Both the position numbers and the translations under genes were made by a program. The notes below the pieces were generated by a model, which ran no database searches, had not been told where the DNA came from, and saw only the letters and a list, made by a program, of their open reading frames with translations. A stretch of DNA of 64,000 nt from Lingula anatina. Lineage: Eukaryota; Animalia; Brachiopoda. The DNA lies in the NCBI GenBank assembly GCA_051362555.1, contig CM120641.1, forward strand, positions 38,570,401 through 38,634,400, in the 5' to 3' direction. Positions 13,292 through 23,730 of the stretch are shown here, piece after piece (positions within the stretch are counted from its first letter, which is position 1; every line of letters starts with the position of its first letter).

Positions 13292-16200
13292 ATGTCCGAG
13301 GATATTCAGAATTTAAAACCCTTCGGTAAGTAATTTTGCCTCTAGATTATACATATATATATCCAGTTCACGACCTTGTTTATTTACTGCGAAGTTACAG
13401 GCCCTCATAATCATATGCCAAATAGATATATATTATTTTTGTAAATATTGCATGTTGGCTTTTATTTTTAGCATACGCCCCCGTTTATTGTTGTCGAACC
13501 TGTTTTGAGTTTTGGTTGTAATATCGATGATGAGGGAAAATATCCCCTAAATAATAACTTGGCTGTTGAGCGTAATGTGGTGGAGTTTTGTCACGAGATT
13601 AAGGGCTTTGGTGTTTATAATAGTGGGTTTTAAAAATAAAATACAATTAGAATAATAAAAGTCACGTTTTCTTTTCAAATGCCTCTTACCAAATAACAGA
13701 TTTTCTCAAATAAGTACGTTTTCAAATATGTAGTTTCTGGCTGTGGCAACTTAAAAACGTCGCATAAGGGCTCAATCTTTCACTGACTTTGATTCTGAAA
13801 ACATTGTGAATATTACTAATAACAGTCGCTGCTTTCACTTACAACGTTGTAAAACACTTGTCAGAAAAAACTCTTTCTTCGTCAGAACAGTTTCCGATTG
13901 GAATGGACTCAGTGATCAACAAGTAAACGCTGAAACTGTTGAAAGCTTTAGATCAGGACTACTATTTGACTAAGTTTCCCATGCGCTCTCTTCTACCCGT
14001 CTATTTCATACCAGTATTGGTCTCTTTAGACGTATATGGACAGATACAGATACAGAAAAAAACTGGATTAAGGTTTCAGTCTGCAGAATGTATATGCAGT
14101 GATCATTTTACCTCTGCGTCCCGGGTCCCTGACGCACATTTTTTACCGTAGACGCAGCGTTTTATAGCATATGCGTCCCCATGGAGGCAAAGATTTTAAA
14201 TTGTGTGAGATTCGTAAATAACCTGTCCATATGCATCGCTGAACCGCATAAAATACTAGTCATTAAAGTAGGTTAATCATGTTCATTTTCCCATTGTTGT
14301 ATTGAATGTTACAATAGCTTCCGGTTAGACTGTAAGTGTTAAATGCCAGCTGATTGGCTGTTTACGCATCAAATAGCCAATAATATCAATCGTTAGTAAT
14401 GGCAAAACTGTTCGTCTGCTTTGCACACTCCACTCTACACTTGACCTATTTTCGACTAAAATAGATTTTCCGCAGCGTGTTCGTCTGCTCAGCGACCATC
14501 CGACCATGCCTCCGAAAAAAGCAATAATTAATAGACAGTAGCCAACAGACAATATAGAATGTATTTAAGGTGAGACAGAGTCAAGCCGAGTTAGAGAAAA
14601 CTTCTGAGACAGTAATCGCTGTGACTGCCGTTGAGGCTGAGAGTGAGATTGACGCGGATGAATATATGTTTGTCGGAGGCAAAAACGGAGTCAAAAAGGA
14701 AAATCCGTTCCTACAAACAACACTGGACAAAGCTCTATGCTTGGTTAAGGTATAAAAAATGAGGATGGGACAGATTTCATGTATTGTGATGCATGTACAT
14801 CGGCAAATAAACGTCATGGGATGGTGAAAGATCCGCGGATAGGTCTATATGAACTGAAGTAAACTCGTCACTGTCATATCGCTTAAATAAAGAAACTTGA
14901 AAAAATAAAAGTAACAAATTGTTAGTTTTGTGGTAACCTTTATTGTTCAAAATGACAGGGACCCATCACAATCGGCAGGGACCCATTGTTCAATATCATG
15001 TGCGTCCTGTTGAACTCGTAATATTTAAAGGTAAAATGATCACTGTATATGTGCAACAATTGTAAACATTTCTTCTCAATCTACCACCCATCCGCCCTTT
15101 TGATCCTTTTCACCCCACCTGTCTTTTCTTCCTCTTCATAGAGTTTTTTTTTTTTAGCTTCAAGCACTTATACCCCGTTCACACTACAGTCATTTATTCG
15201 AATAAATAGCGAATTGGGCCCTGATTCGAATAACTGTAGTAGTCTGAATGTGTGAGATTATTGTTAAGCGGATTTTCAAAATCCTGCTAGCGAGCTGGAT
15301 TTTCTTCAGTGATTTGAATAACTTACTGGAATCGACACCTGTACAGATCTTACTGCGCATGTGTGCAGATAAGTGCGGGTATTTATGAACGCTTGTTTAT
15401 TACTTTAGTGATTGCACCAAACATATTTGGAAGTCACCACTCACAACAACATGAGGAAACATAAACTTAATGTGCCATCTTATACTTCCCAAGAATGCTG
15501 GAATGTCTTTTGAGTTGCATTTGCCATCACAAATTTTTGTTGGTATTTTGAGTTTTCCTGTGTGGCGCATGCGCGAGCGTTCAAAACAGGAAGTTAAACC
15601 TGAAATTTTCAACGCAGGATTCGGTTTCGCTTCACGTATGTGAATGCAATAACGAATCAAATTCCTCACGAAAAAATTCGAATTATAGAAATGCACATTT
15701 TCGCAACTGTAGTGTGAATGGGGTATTAGACTCTAAATTTAATGAAGATGGGGTAGTAGTATGTGATTAAAGCCAGGAGTTACATTTTTGTTTGGGACCA
15801 TTCAGAATAGATGATCTGAGTACTAACTGATCCACCGACTAAATATGGCCGACCACACTTCAAAAGCGATGCCACCAATTCCCGATGGTCTCCCAGCCTT
15901 CACATGCGCCATTTAATGAATTAAATCTCAGTTCTGAGGTTTAATTGCTAGGCCTCTGCGGCAATGGCCTTCCACTGTATTCAGCAGTATAATTATAGTT
16001 ATTGAGCAACTCGGGGGGGGGGGGGGGGGGCACTTTCATGAGTATGATTCTCATTTTGTGACCCACAAAACTTCAATCAGTAGTATTGATTAATTAGTAC
16101 CACCAGCGTGTACGCTGGCGGTACTCATGGTTTTAGTCCCGACCCGTCTCGTCCGGCTCCGCCGGCTCCGTCGGCTCCGTTGGCTCCGCCGGCTCCGCCG

Positions 16201-19200
16201 GCTCCGTAAGCTCCGCCGGCTCCGCGTACTGGCGCCGGATACAAGTCACCGTTACCGCTTCTCCTCCTAGACCGCAAGGACCCCTGTCCCCATCTCTTGG
16301 ATTTAGGTCACATATAACCTCAACTTGAACCCCCAGGTTTTTTTGTCTCAGTCGGTACATTGACCTGGGCGTGACGCTCCTTGAAATGCACCCTTGTCAA
16401 AATTTTTGAAAATTCAATGCCAATTATCTACCCTACGGAAGGAATTATGGGAAAATTTTCTACAGACGGCTTTCCAAAAGTCATATGTGTAGATTTCAAA
16501 TATGCCCTTGGATTTGACCTTTGACCTTTATTTCAAGGTCAAACGGGCCAAAATTTTCAAAAAAATGAAATTTTTTACGAAAAAAAATATTATTTGCACT
16601 GTTATTCAGACACTACACAGACTTAACCAATAATTATATTGGAAAGTGTTACCCTTTGGGTCATCTTTCATCTCTGTGAATTTGGGGTCAATCGGTGCAT
16701 TTTCACAGGAGTAGCGGCCATAAAATACCGAAAATGAAAACTGTCTCTAATTCGGGAACCGTTAATGCTAGCGACCCGTTCTTTTTTGCATTTTGTAGAG
16801 CATGTAAAGCCCAACACTGAGAGTGGTCTCCGTTTTTTTGTATTTCATACGATTTTCGTGTTATGCTGTATTAAAAAGTACTTTGTGGTGGCACATTTTT
16901 GTAACTCAGAATTGTAACATTTAGTCCCTTATATCTCCAAAACTGGCAGAGATAGGTCAATAGTTATTATTTAAGTTGAATAGGAAGTCATTTACTTGCA
17001 ATCTAGATGTGAGCTTGAAATTGACCTTTGACCTACTTTTCACCATGAACTGAACTTTGCAAATTTTTGTTCCCTTTTATCTCCAAAACTGGCAGAGATA
17101 GGTCAATAGTTACTATTGAACTTGAATAGGAGGTCACATACTGGCAATTTAACAGTGACCTTAAAATTGACCTTTGACCTACTTTTCACCATGAATTGAA
17201 CTTTGCCAATTTTTGTTCCCTTTAATCTCCAAAACTGGCAGAGATAGGTCCATAGTCACTATTAAACTTGAATAGGAAGTCACATACTGGCAATTAATCA
17301 GTGACCTTAAAATTGACCTTTGACCTACTTTTCACCATGAATTGAACTTTGCCAATTTTTGTTCCCTTTAATCTCCAAAACTGGCAGAGATAGGTCCATA
17401 GTTACTATTGAACTTAAATAGGAAGTCATGAACTGGCAATTTACTGTGACCTTTAAATTGACCTTTGACCTTCCTTTTACTATGAACTGAACTTAGCAAA
17501 TTTTCGTTCACCTTTATCTTCAAAACTGACAGATAGGTCCATAGTTACTATTGAACTTGAATAGGAAGTAATACACTAGCAATCTGTGACCTTGAAATTG
17601 ACCTTTGACCTACTTTTTATGATGAACTGCTTTTTGCATGTTTTCTGGCCTTTAAATCTGCAAAATTGGCAAAGAAATGTCCATGGTTGCTATTGAACTT
17701 GAATAGAAATTCATATACTATGATATTGAAATTGACCTTTGACCTACTTTTTCACCATGAACTGAGCTTTGCATATTTTCTTGCCTCTCATATCTTTAAA
17801 TCTAGCAGAGATGTGCCCATTGTTTCCCCTAGGTTTTCTCTTTTGTCAGCATATATGCACCATTGACAACACATTTCAAGGAAAACCAATAGGCCTTTTG
17901 TCTAGAGAATACAGTAGTGAGCAAGGGTAGGAAAATGCAAGTCAATTTGAAAATCTGCTTGATTGTATCATTTTTAGTTATATTTTTTGCATATTTTGAG
18001 AACTCTTGTTGATTGCATCTTATAGAGCTTGTCAAACACCAGACTGGTGATGGTGTCCCTTTTAGGAGGGGGGGGGGGTCCATACGAATGCGCTTACTCC
18101 AGCTGGTGGTACAATATCTGGAGGCGGTATCGCCTCTCTGATCCTCTAGTTTAACATTAATTTTATAAACATTTTGTTGATGTAAAAGTACTTAGTGACA
18201 TATGGTTGGTATGCATAAGAAATGACTTGGTCCTCCAGGATTGAATGAGTAAACCTATTATATTGGCCAAAAACAGAAACATAATTTGGTAAATAAATTT
18301 ACACAATTTTACTGGCCCAGCTTCACTTTGCTGACATTTGGAGTAGGACTAATGTTAACATTGCAGACTGGGTTTATAAAAAAATACTTTTCTAAACTGA
18401 TGTTCTCCCTTGTAGATCCTTTTGGTGATGCATCAAAGGATGAAGGCCTTGGGATTACTGGTCAAGAAAGTCTGATACACATACGTATACAGCAGCGGAA
18501 CGGAAGAAAAACATTGACAACTGTGCAAGGACTGTCTACAGTGTACGATTTGAAGAAAATAGTGAAAGCTTGCAAAAAGGTATTACTCAGTTTAAAAAAT
18601 ATTTTCTTTTCAAGTTTTATTTTCTTATTTTCAGATACTTTTCCCAGTGTTTTATTTATTTTTACTGCCCCCCCAAAAAAAGCCCAGTATCACCAGAAAA
18701 TTTTGAAAGATAAGGCTTTTGGCATTAAAATAAAGCCCTTATCTAAATTTAGTTTAAGAGTATCATCACTGGTTTTTTTCCTTCTGCCAAATTCCTGAGA
18801 TGGTATGTGTAAGTCTTTTTTTTTGTTTTAGGAATTTGCTTGCAATGGTACTGTAGTGGATCACCCAGAGTATGGTGAAGTGATTCAAATGCAGGGAGAC
18901 CAGAGAAACCATGTCCGGGACTTCCTAAAGTCCATGGGATTGGCTAAGGAAGACCAGATCAAGGTATAGAAATACAATTGTAAATATTTTCTTTATTTAA
19001 AGGATAATAACTCTTTGTTTTGGCCAAAAAATGACTTTTCCCAGAGTAAACAACAATTTTCCCATGCTTACCAATGATTAATGAATCCATTTTTACATTC
19101 AAAGTTGGTCCCTGTTTTTTTTTTTCTAAAAAGTTTGGTTTTTTGTTAAAATCTCCTAAGAGATTTTAACAGAGTATAGCCATCAATGGAGGTCACATGG

Positions 19201-20000
19201 TTTGAAGACTAGCTCAGATATCAGAATAATAGCTATAACTGCTGTTTTTGTCGTAAAACAGAATATATCTATGAGTTATTCACAATGTTTTTATTGTGAA
19301 ATATAGACCTCATACGAAGAGTTATTATCCCTTTACATGTTTCCAAATTAGATACAGTGGGCATTTAAAGATCAGAACATAAAGAATTTAGAATATAAAG
19401 AGCCTACTAACATGATCTTAATAAAAACTAGAAAAGCACTCAGAGAGCGCAGACCTCCGCCAAGGCAGCAAAGTCTCCATCCAATGCCGTTTCACCCCTA
19501 AATTTTCGATATTTTTGTTTATTGATTGATTATTGATCCGGATCACCACCAAAAACTAATAATCAATTCCTTGGCCCACTTCTGACAGTTCCTGAAAATT
19601 TCATCAAAATCGGTCCATAGCTTAGTTTTTTGATTATTGATCCGGATCACCACCAAAAACTAATCATCTGTTCCTTGGCCCACTCCTGACAGTTTCTGAA
19701 AATTTCATCAAAATCGGTCCATAACTTTGCGAGTTATGTTGATGACAGACAGACAGAAAGACCGACAAACAGGGGTGAAAACATAACCTACTTGGCAGAG
19801 GTAATAAAGCTACTCCAAAAGATAATGTAAATGGGCAGTTGTTATCACTCCTATAATGCTTTTAAAGTCAAAGACTATTATGGAAAACAGTTGCTTTAAA
19901 GCATTCAATTTTTTAATTGAAAGTTTAGAGGGATGTATGTTTTCTTGGTAACTTATTAATATTTTTTATTATTATTTATTTGCAGGTTCACGGATTTTAA
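13292..20000 (+). CDS. EIF1: Eukaryotic translation initiation factor 1 (SUI1), 114 aa; exons 13292-13325, 18416-18579, 18832-18963, 19986-20000
   Basis: MSEDIQNLKPFDPFGDASK...IHIRIQQRNGRKTLTTVQG...KKEFACNGTVVDHPEYGEVIQMQGDQR...IKVHGF*. All introns GT-AG with consistent phases; 345 nt total. Confidence 0.97.
13745..14056 (+). mobile_element. 5'-truncated non-LTR retrotransposon (CR1/L2-group LINE) 3' end
   Basis: Translates as KRRIRAQSF...NNSRCF...RKNSFFVRTVSDWNGLSDQQVNAETVESFR, typical of a LINE ORF2 C-terminus, followed by a short 3' UTR and a (cagata)n tail at about 14041-14056. Confidence 0.7.
14097..15045 (+). mobile_element. Internally deleted hAT-like DNA transposon with 17-bp TIRs and 6-bp TSD
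   Basis: TIR CAGTGATCATTTTACCT / AGGTAAAATGATCACTG, flanked by TATATG on both sides (14091-14096, 15046-15051). Frameshifted remnant HWTKLYAWLRY...FMYCDAC at about 14720-14795 resembles a TTF-type zinc finger of hAT transposases. Confidence 0.85.
15171..15725. mobile_element. PIF/Harbinger-like MITE
   Basis: TIR tacccc(g/a)ttcacactacagt at both ends; TTA flanks each side. Confidence 0.75.
15795..15970. mobile_element. Truncated copy of the ~290-bp palindromic MITE family also found at 34497 and 54715
   Basis: cattcagaatagatgatc...aaatatggccgacc...cacttcaaaagcgatgc...attaaatctc...ctaggcc aligns with 34500-34670. Confidence 0.7.
16094..18151 (+). mobile_element. Helentron/HINE-like non-autonomous rolling-circle element (family A) with a 9-bp minisatellite and a 146-bp satellite array, in eIF1 intron 1
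   Basis: 5' hairpin gtaccaccagcg-tgta-cgctggcggtac. Subterminal inverted copy gctggtggtac near the 3' end, then hairpin gaggcg-gtat-cgcctc and terminal CTAG-TT. (ggctccgcc)n at about 16153-16225. Units start at 16935, 17081, 17227, 17373 and onward. A second copy lies at 59431-62270. Confidence 0.85.
16925..17820. repeat. 146-bp tandem satellite, about 6-7 units, degenerating toward the right
   Basis: ctccaaaactggcagagatagg recurs every 146 bp; each unit contains TGACCTTTGACCT. Confidence 0.9.
19001..19332. mobile_element. Kolobok-like MITE copy 2, in eIF1 intron 3
   Basis: ttaa|aggataataac ... gttattatccct|ttac; inverted relative to copy 1. Confidence 0.8.
19426..19807 (-). mobile_element. 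Helentron/HINE-like element family B (complete, 2 internal repeat units), in eIF1 intron 3
   Basis: Minus strand begins ttattacctctgccaag(t)aggttatgttttcacccctg plus a (tgtc)n microsatellite and ends ccttggcggaggtctgcgctctctgagtgcttttctagtt (subterminal inverted repeat plus CTAG-TT). Two copies of a gatccggatcaccacc...tttcatcaaaatcggtccata unit. Confidence 0.8.
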
Positions 20001-20380
20001 AGAACTTTAGATACTGAGCTACAGAATTTATAACCATACATTTGAAGGAGGAGAAATTTGACAACCATAGCTTTACACACAAACTGACATTGTCTGCATG
20101 TAGTGCAGCTTTTATAAACTGAAAACAACAATGTATTTGCACTCTGTGGATCTCTATTGTGTTGTCCTTTGATATTCTTTTGATTTAATACCTCCAGTAT
20201 TTATCTGCAGTACAGTACTTTCAGGTTATAGTGTAAAATGCTATCAATTGCTTTTATTTTTAAACTGCTCGGAAATAATTGAAAAACTCCCTTGGTATTT
20301 TTTCTAAATAGGTAATTCTAGTGTATCATGTAATCTTTTTGTATAAGAAATGTTTGTATTTTGATTTTTGAGAAACTGAC

Positions 20381-20386
20381 AATAAA
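20381..20386 (+). terminator. Likely eIF1 polyadenylation signal AATAAA
   Basis: AATAAA about 380 nt after the stop, followed by a GT/T-rich stretch. Confidence 0.5.
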
Positions 20387-23300
20387 ATTATTATGAACCA
20401 TTTTAAAAAGTGTTGATGTTTCCCTGTTACTTTTGACGGTTATAGTGATGTGAAGGGTTAAAGTATTTTGTACAACTGTCTACTACTCCAACCACTCCCT
20501 TAAAAACAGTTGGAAATTCTCATTTTCCTGTGACAAAGCAAAGCATGCATATTGCTGTTGCTAAATGGTACCAGGATTTCAACTTTTTGTCTCCAACACC
20601 AGCATCCACTCCCCATCCATGTAAACTAGTTTTCCTACATAAATTTCATTTGTCCAGACTTGTTCTTTGCAAACTGATTTTAAACTTCAAGCTTCCAATG
20701 GGGACAACTAACAAAATTGTGCTGATCATACGTAGGGTAAGAACACAATACTGTATAGCATGTGCATTCAACAGAAGTGGTTTACACTCATCGATTCAAA
20801 AACGAAAGTTAGTTTTTTTTTTTCTTTTATTCTCCAAGATCATCAAATAAATTAACCAAAACCAGCATGTTACAATTCAACTGTTTACAACATGCACAAT
20901 AATGTAAAGGTTGCCTGTGATTCTCACGTAGGGCACGTTTTGAACTTGACTAATGTCAAAAGCATATCAAAGCACCAAAAGTTAATTGCAGAATTTCTTG
21001 GTAGTTGCAGGAAATAAGTCTCTGGAAAATATGGAACTAAGTGGCAATGAGAAAGTTTTTTTTTTCTTGATACTGCATAGACTTGGTTGAATATCTAGAA
21101 CCCATAAAAGGCCATATGTTTTTGAAATGTTATGTTACTGATATGTGACATCTATTTCTATTGTATCTTGGCAAGTAACTGAATTAAGTTGTAGAGAAAA
21201 ATGCTACAAGTTTTTCACCAAACTTTGCCAAGAATATGCTGAAAGTTGATAACATTCATTGTACCACCATATTAGACTTTCACTGTCATGCAAGTTATAA
21301 TATGGATGTAGTATGATAAAATGACCTTGCATATTTTCAAAGCCTTGTTCTCTAAAGTCACAAAATTAAGAACTCCCAAACTATTATATTATAACATTTT
21401 TGTATGTGCCGCAGAGACAAAAATAGGAGCAAATGAAAAAGCTGGTTATGTTCAGATTGTCACATGTCAATGCTTAAGTACACATTGACAGGGTTTTATC
21501 AAAGATGCATCATGTATATATCTATATATAATTTACCCAATATTTTATTTAGACCTTAAATGCTGCAACATGAACTGAATAACCATATATTTTTGTTACA
21601 AAAGAGCAGAGATACTGCTGGACCTATCACAGTAAAAGTTTGGTTCACATTTTTCAGGAGATATATTCAGGTTTTTTTCCCCCACTGGTTAGCCTATTCA
21701 TCATGCATTGGTGATCATTTTCAAACAAAATATGTGAAGAACCCAGAAGTTGATATTATCTTTCTGTTTTTTAAAATCCAAGTTATGCCATACAGACAGT
21801 ACATGAGAAAATCCCAGTCAATGGAAGCTCAGAGGTTTGCTAAGTCAATGTCAGTATCACTACCTCTAACATGCTGTAATAAGTTCTATACTTGGTGCTT
21901 GACATGGGAAATGCTGCTGTAAAGGAGGCCAAATATTTTACTAAGCTGACTGTATATTTGGCTACATTAGACCCCTATATCAATCTTAAACACCATTAGA
22001 GATGACCACAAACTGATCTTCCATAAATATTGTAGCAGTGAACAATTAGGTTATCGTACATTGGTGCACAACCTTTGGTTATCTTAGAATGTAAGCAAGC
22101 CAGTTTGACCTATCAGGGGATCTGTAACATGCAATACATCCAAGTAATATAGCTCTTTTCAATCAAAAGTATATATATACATATTTGAACTAGTTAAATA
22201 ACAATGGCAAAAGCAAATTGCCTTGGCCTTAAAAAGAAAAAAAATATATTGGAAGCTACAAAGCAACACCTACTTAGTGTAAAGCACAATAAAACTGAAA
22301 TAAGAAAAGAAGGGGGAAATAATTACTTGAGCTTTAAGCATACACCTTATATCCAAGAGTATTAGTTCCATGACATTGCTTTGAATAATAACTCAATCTT
22401 TTATATCAACACAATCCAAACTGTACCAAATATCACACAGGTCATTAAATACTCTGATGCCATCATAAATTCTCAGTGCTACTGTGCAGAACAATGCAAT
22501 GTGTTGGCAAGTAACAGCACCACCTTTGAACTATTTTTCCATTTTCTATCCAGTATTTAGATGTACAACTCCATGAAAACTGTACTCCAACACACAGTAA
22601 GCCACAACAGTGCTTTGCTACCCCTTCATACAGTATGGTACACCATTCACATGAATTTCAAACCTTTATCACTCAAATCCTTTAGTTTAGAAATATCCTG
22701 CATCTGACAGTAGAACAGCAGATATCAATTCACTGTCAATTTTCTATCCATATCAAGTTCATTGAACATCACTCAGTGCTTAAATAGTAGCTTAACCTAC
22801 TAATTTGACCAAACATCAACAAATCATTGGTATATTAAATACAATCAATTTAATTATATTTATAATATGATAATAAATTCACAATAATAATAATAATACA
22901 TTTCAAGTGTCAAAAATATCATACAGTTTTAACTTTTTTTACCTTTTTTTCTGGAACAGTCATCTTAGTAAGCAACAACCAATTAGATGACATAGACATT
23001 TATACACACAATCACATGAGGTTAATGGTAAAAATGAGAATGGCAACATGAGACAGTATGATTCTTTAAATGCTATATGAAGGTGGCGAATGTTTTTTTA
23101 TCCAATAGATACTGGTGAAACAGCTGTCCCTACTAACAAATTACAATTCATAATACAACAAAGTTGAGCTAAGCCCTACGCAAACTGTAATTCAATTCAA
23201 GAACATTCACCCAACTATTAGCAATCAAGTGGGCAACTTCCACCAAACAAAGAATGATTAACCCTGAATAATTATCCAATAATAATATGAAATAAAATTG

Positions 23301-23730
23301 CACAAAATGTCTTGCAAATATAGGGATGATTTGTACTGTTGTTCATATGTTAAGTGTTTACCTCATAACCAAAGCTCAAATGATTATACATGCAAGTCAC
23401 ATAGGCTTTCTACACTGCTCCGAAGGCATTTCTATAATGTATGAAGTACTCGGGCAAAGCAATATTGCTCACAGCACAGCAATTAAGAAAATGCACTTGG
23501 AACATTTACCTTAAGCCAAAACATTCCCTTAGTGAAGCACAATGACATCACCTCCCCATCTTCAAAACCATCCTCAAAACATGCAATATACAGTAGACAG
23601 AAGACAAAAGCAGTGGAAGCTATCTGCCAATATGTCATGGTAGGCATACACTGTATCATGCCCTACATTCCTTTGTTCTGGAGCCTTTTCTGCCATGACT
23701 TTCCACTTACAATCCAACTTCTTAACACGA

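Noticed and set aside
16012-16030. Poly-G runs (also 18068-18078 and 49320-49346) as G-quadruplex elements
   Set aside because: Simple homopolymers of uncertain length with no other support for function.
16133-16360. ORFs with AEP/TEP or RRS repeats (also 62059-62319)
   Set aside because: Translations of the 9-bp minisatellite in HINE-A; the frame differs between the two copies.
16925-17820. Regularly spaced repeats resembling a CRISPR array
   Set aside because: Whole 146-bp units repeat with no unique spacers, there are no cas genes, and the context is a eukaryotic intron.
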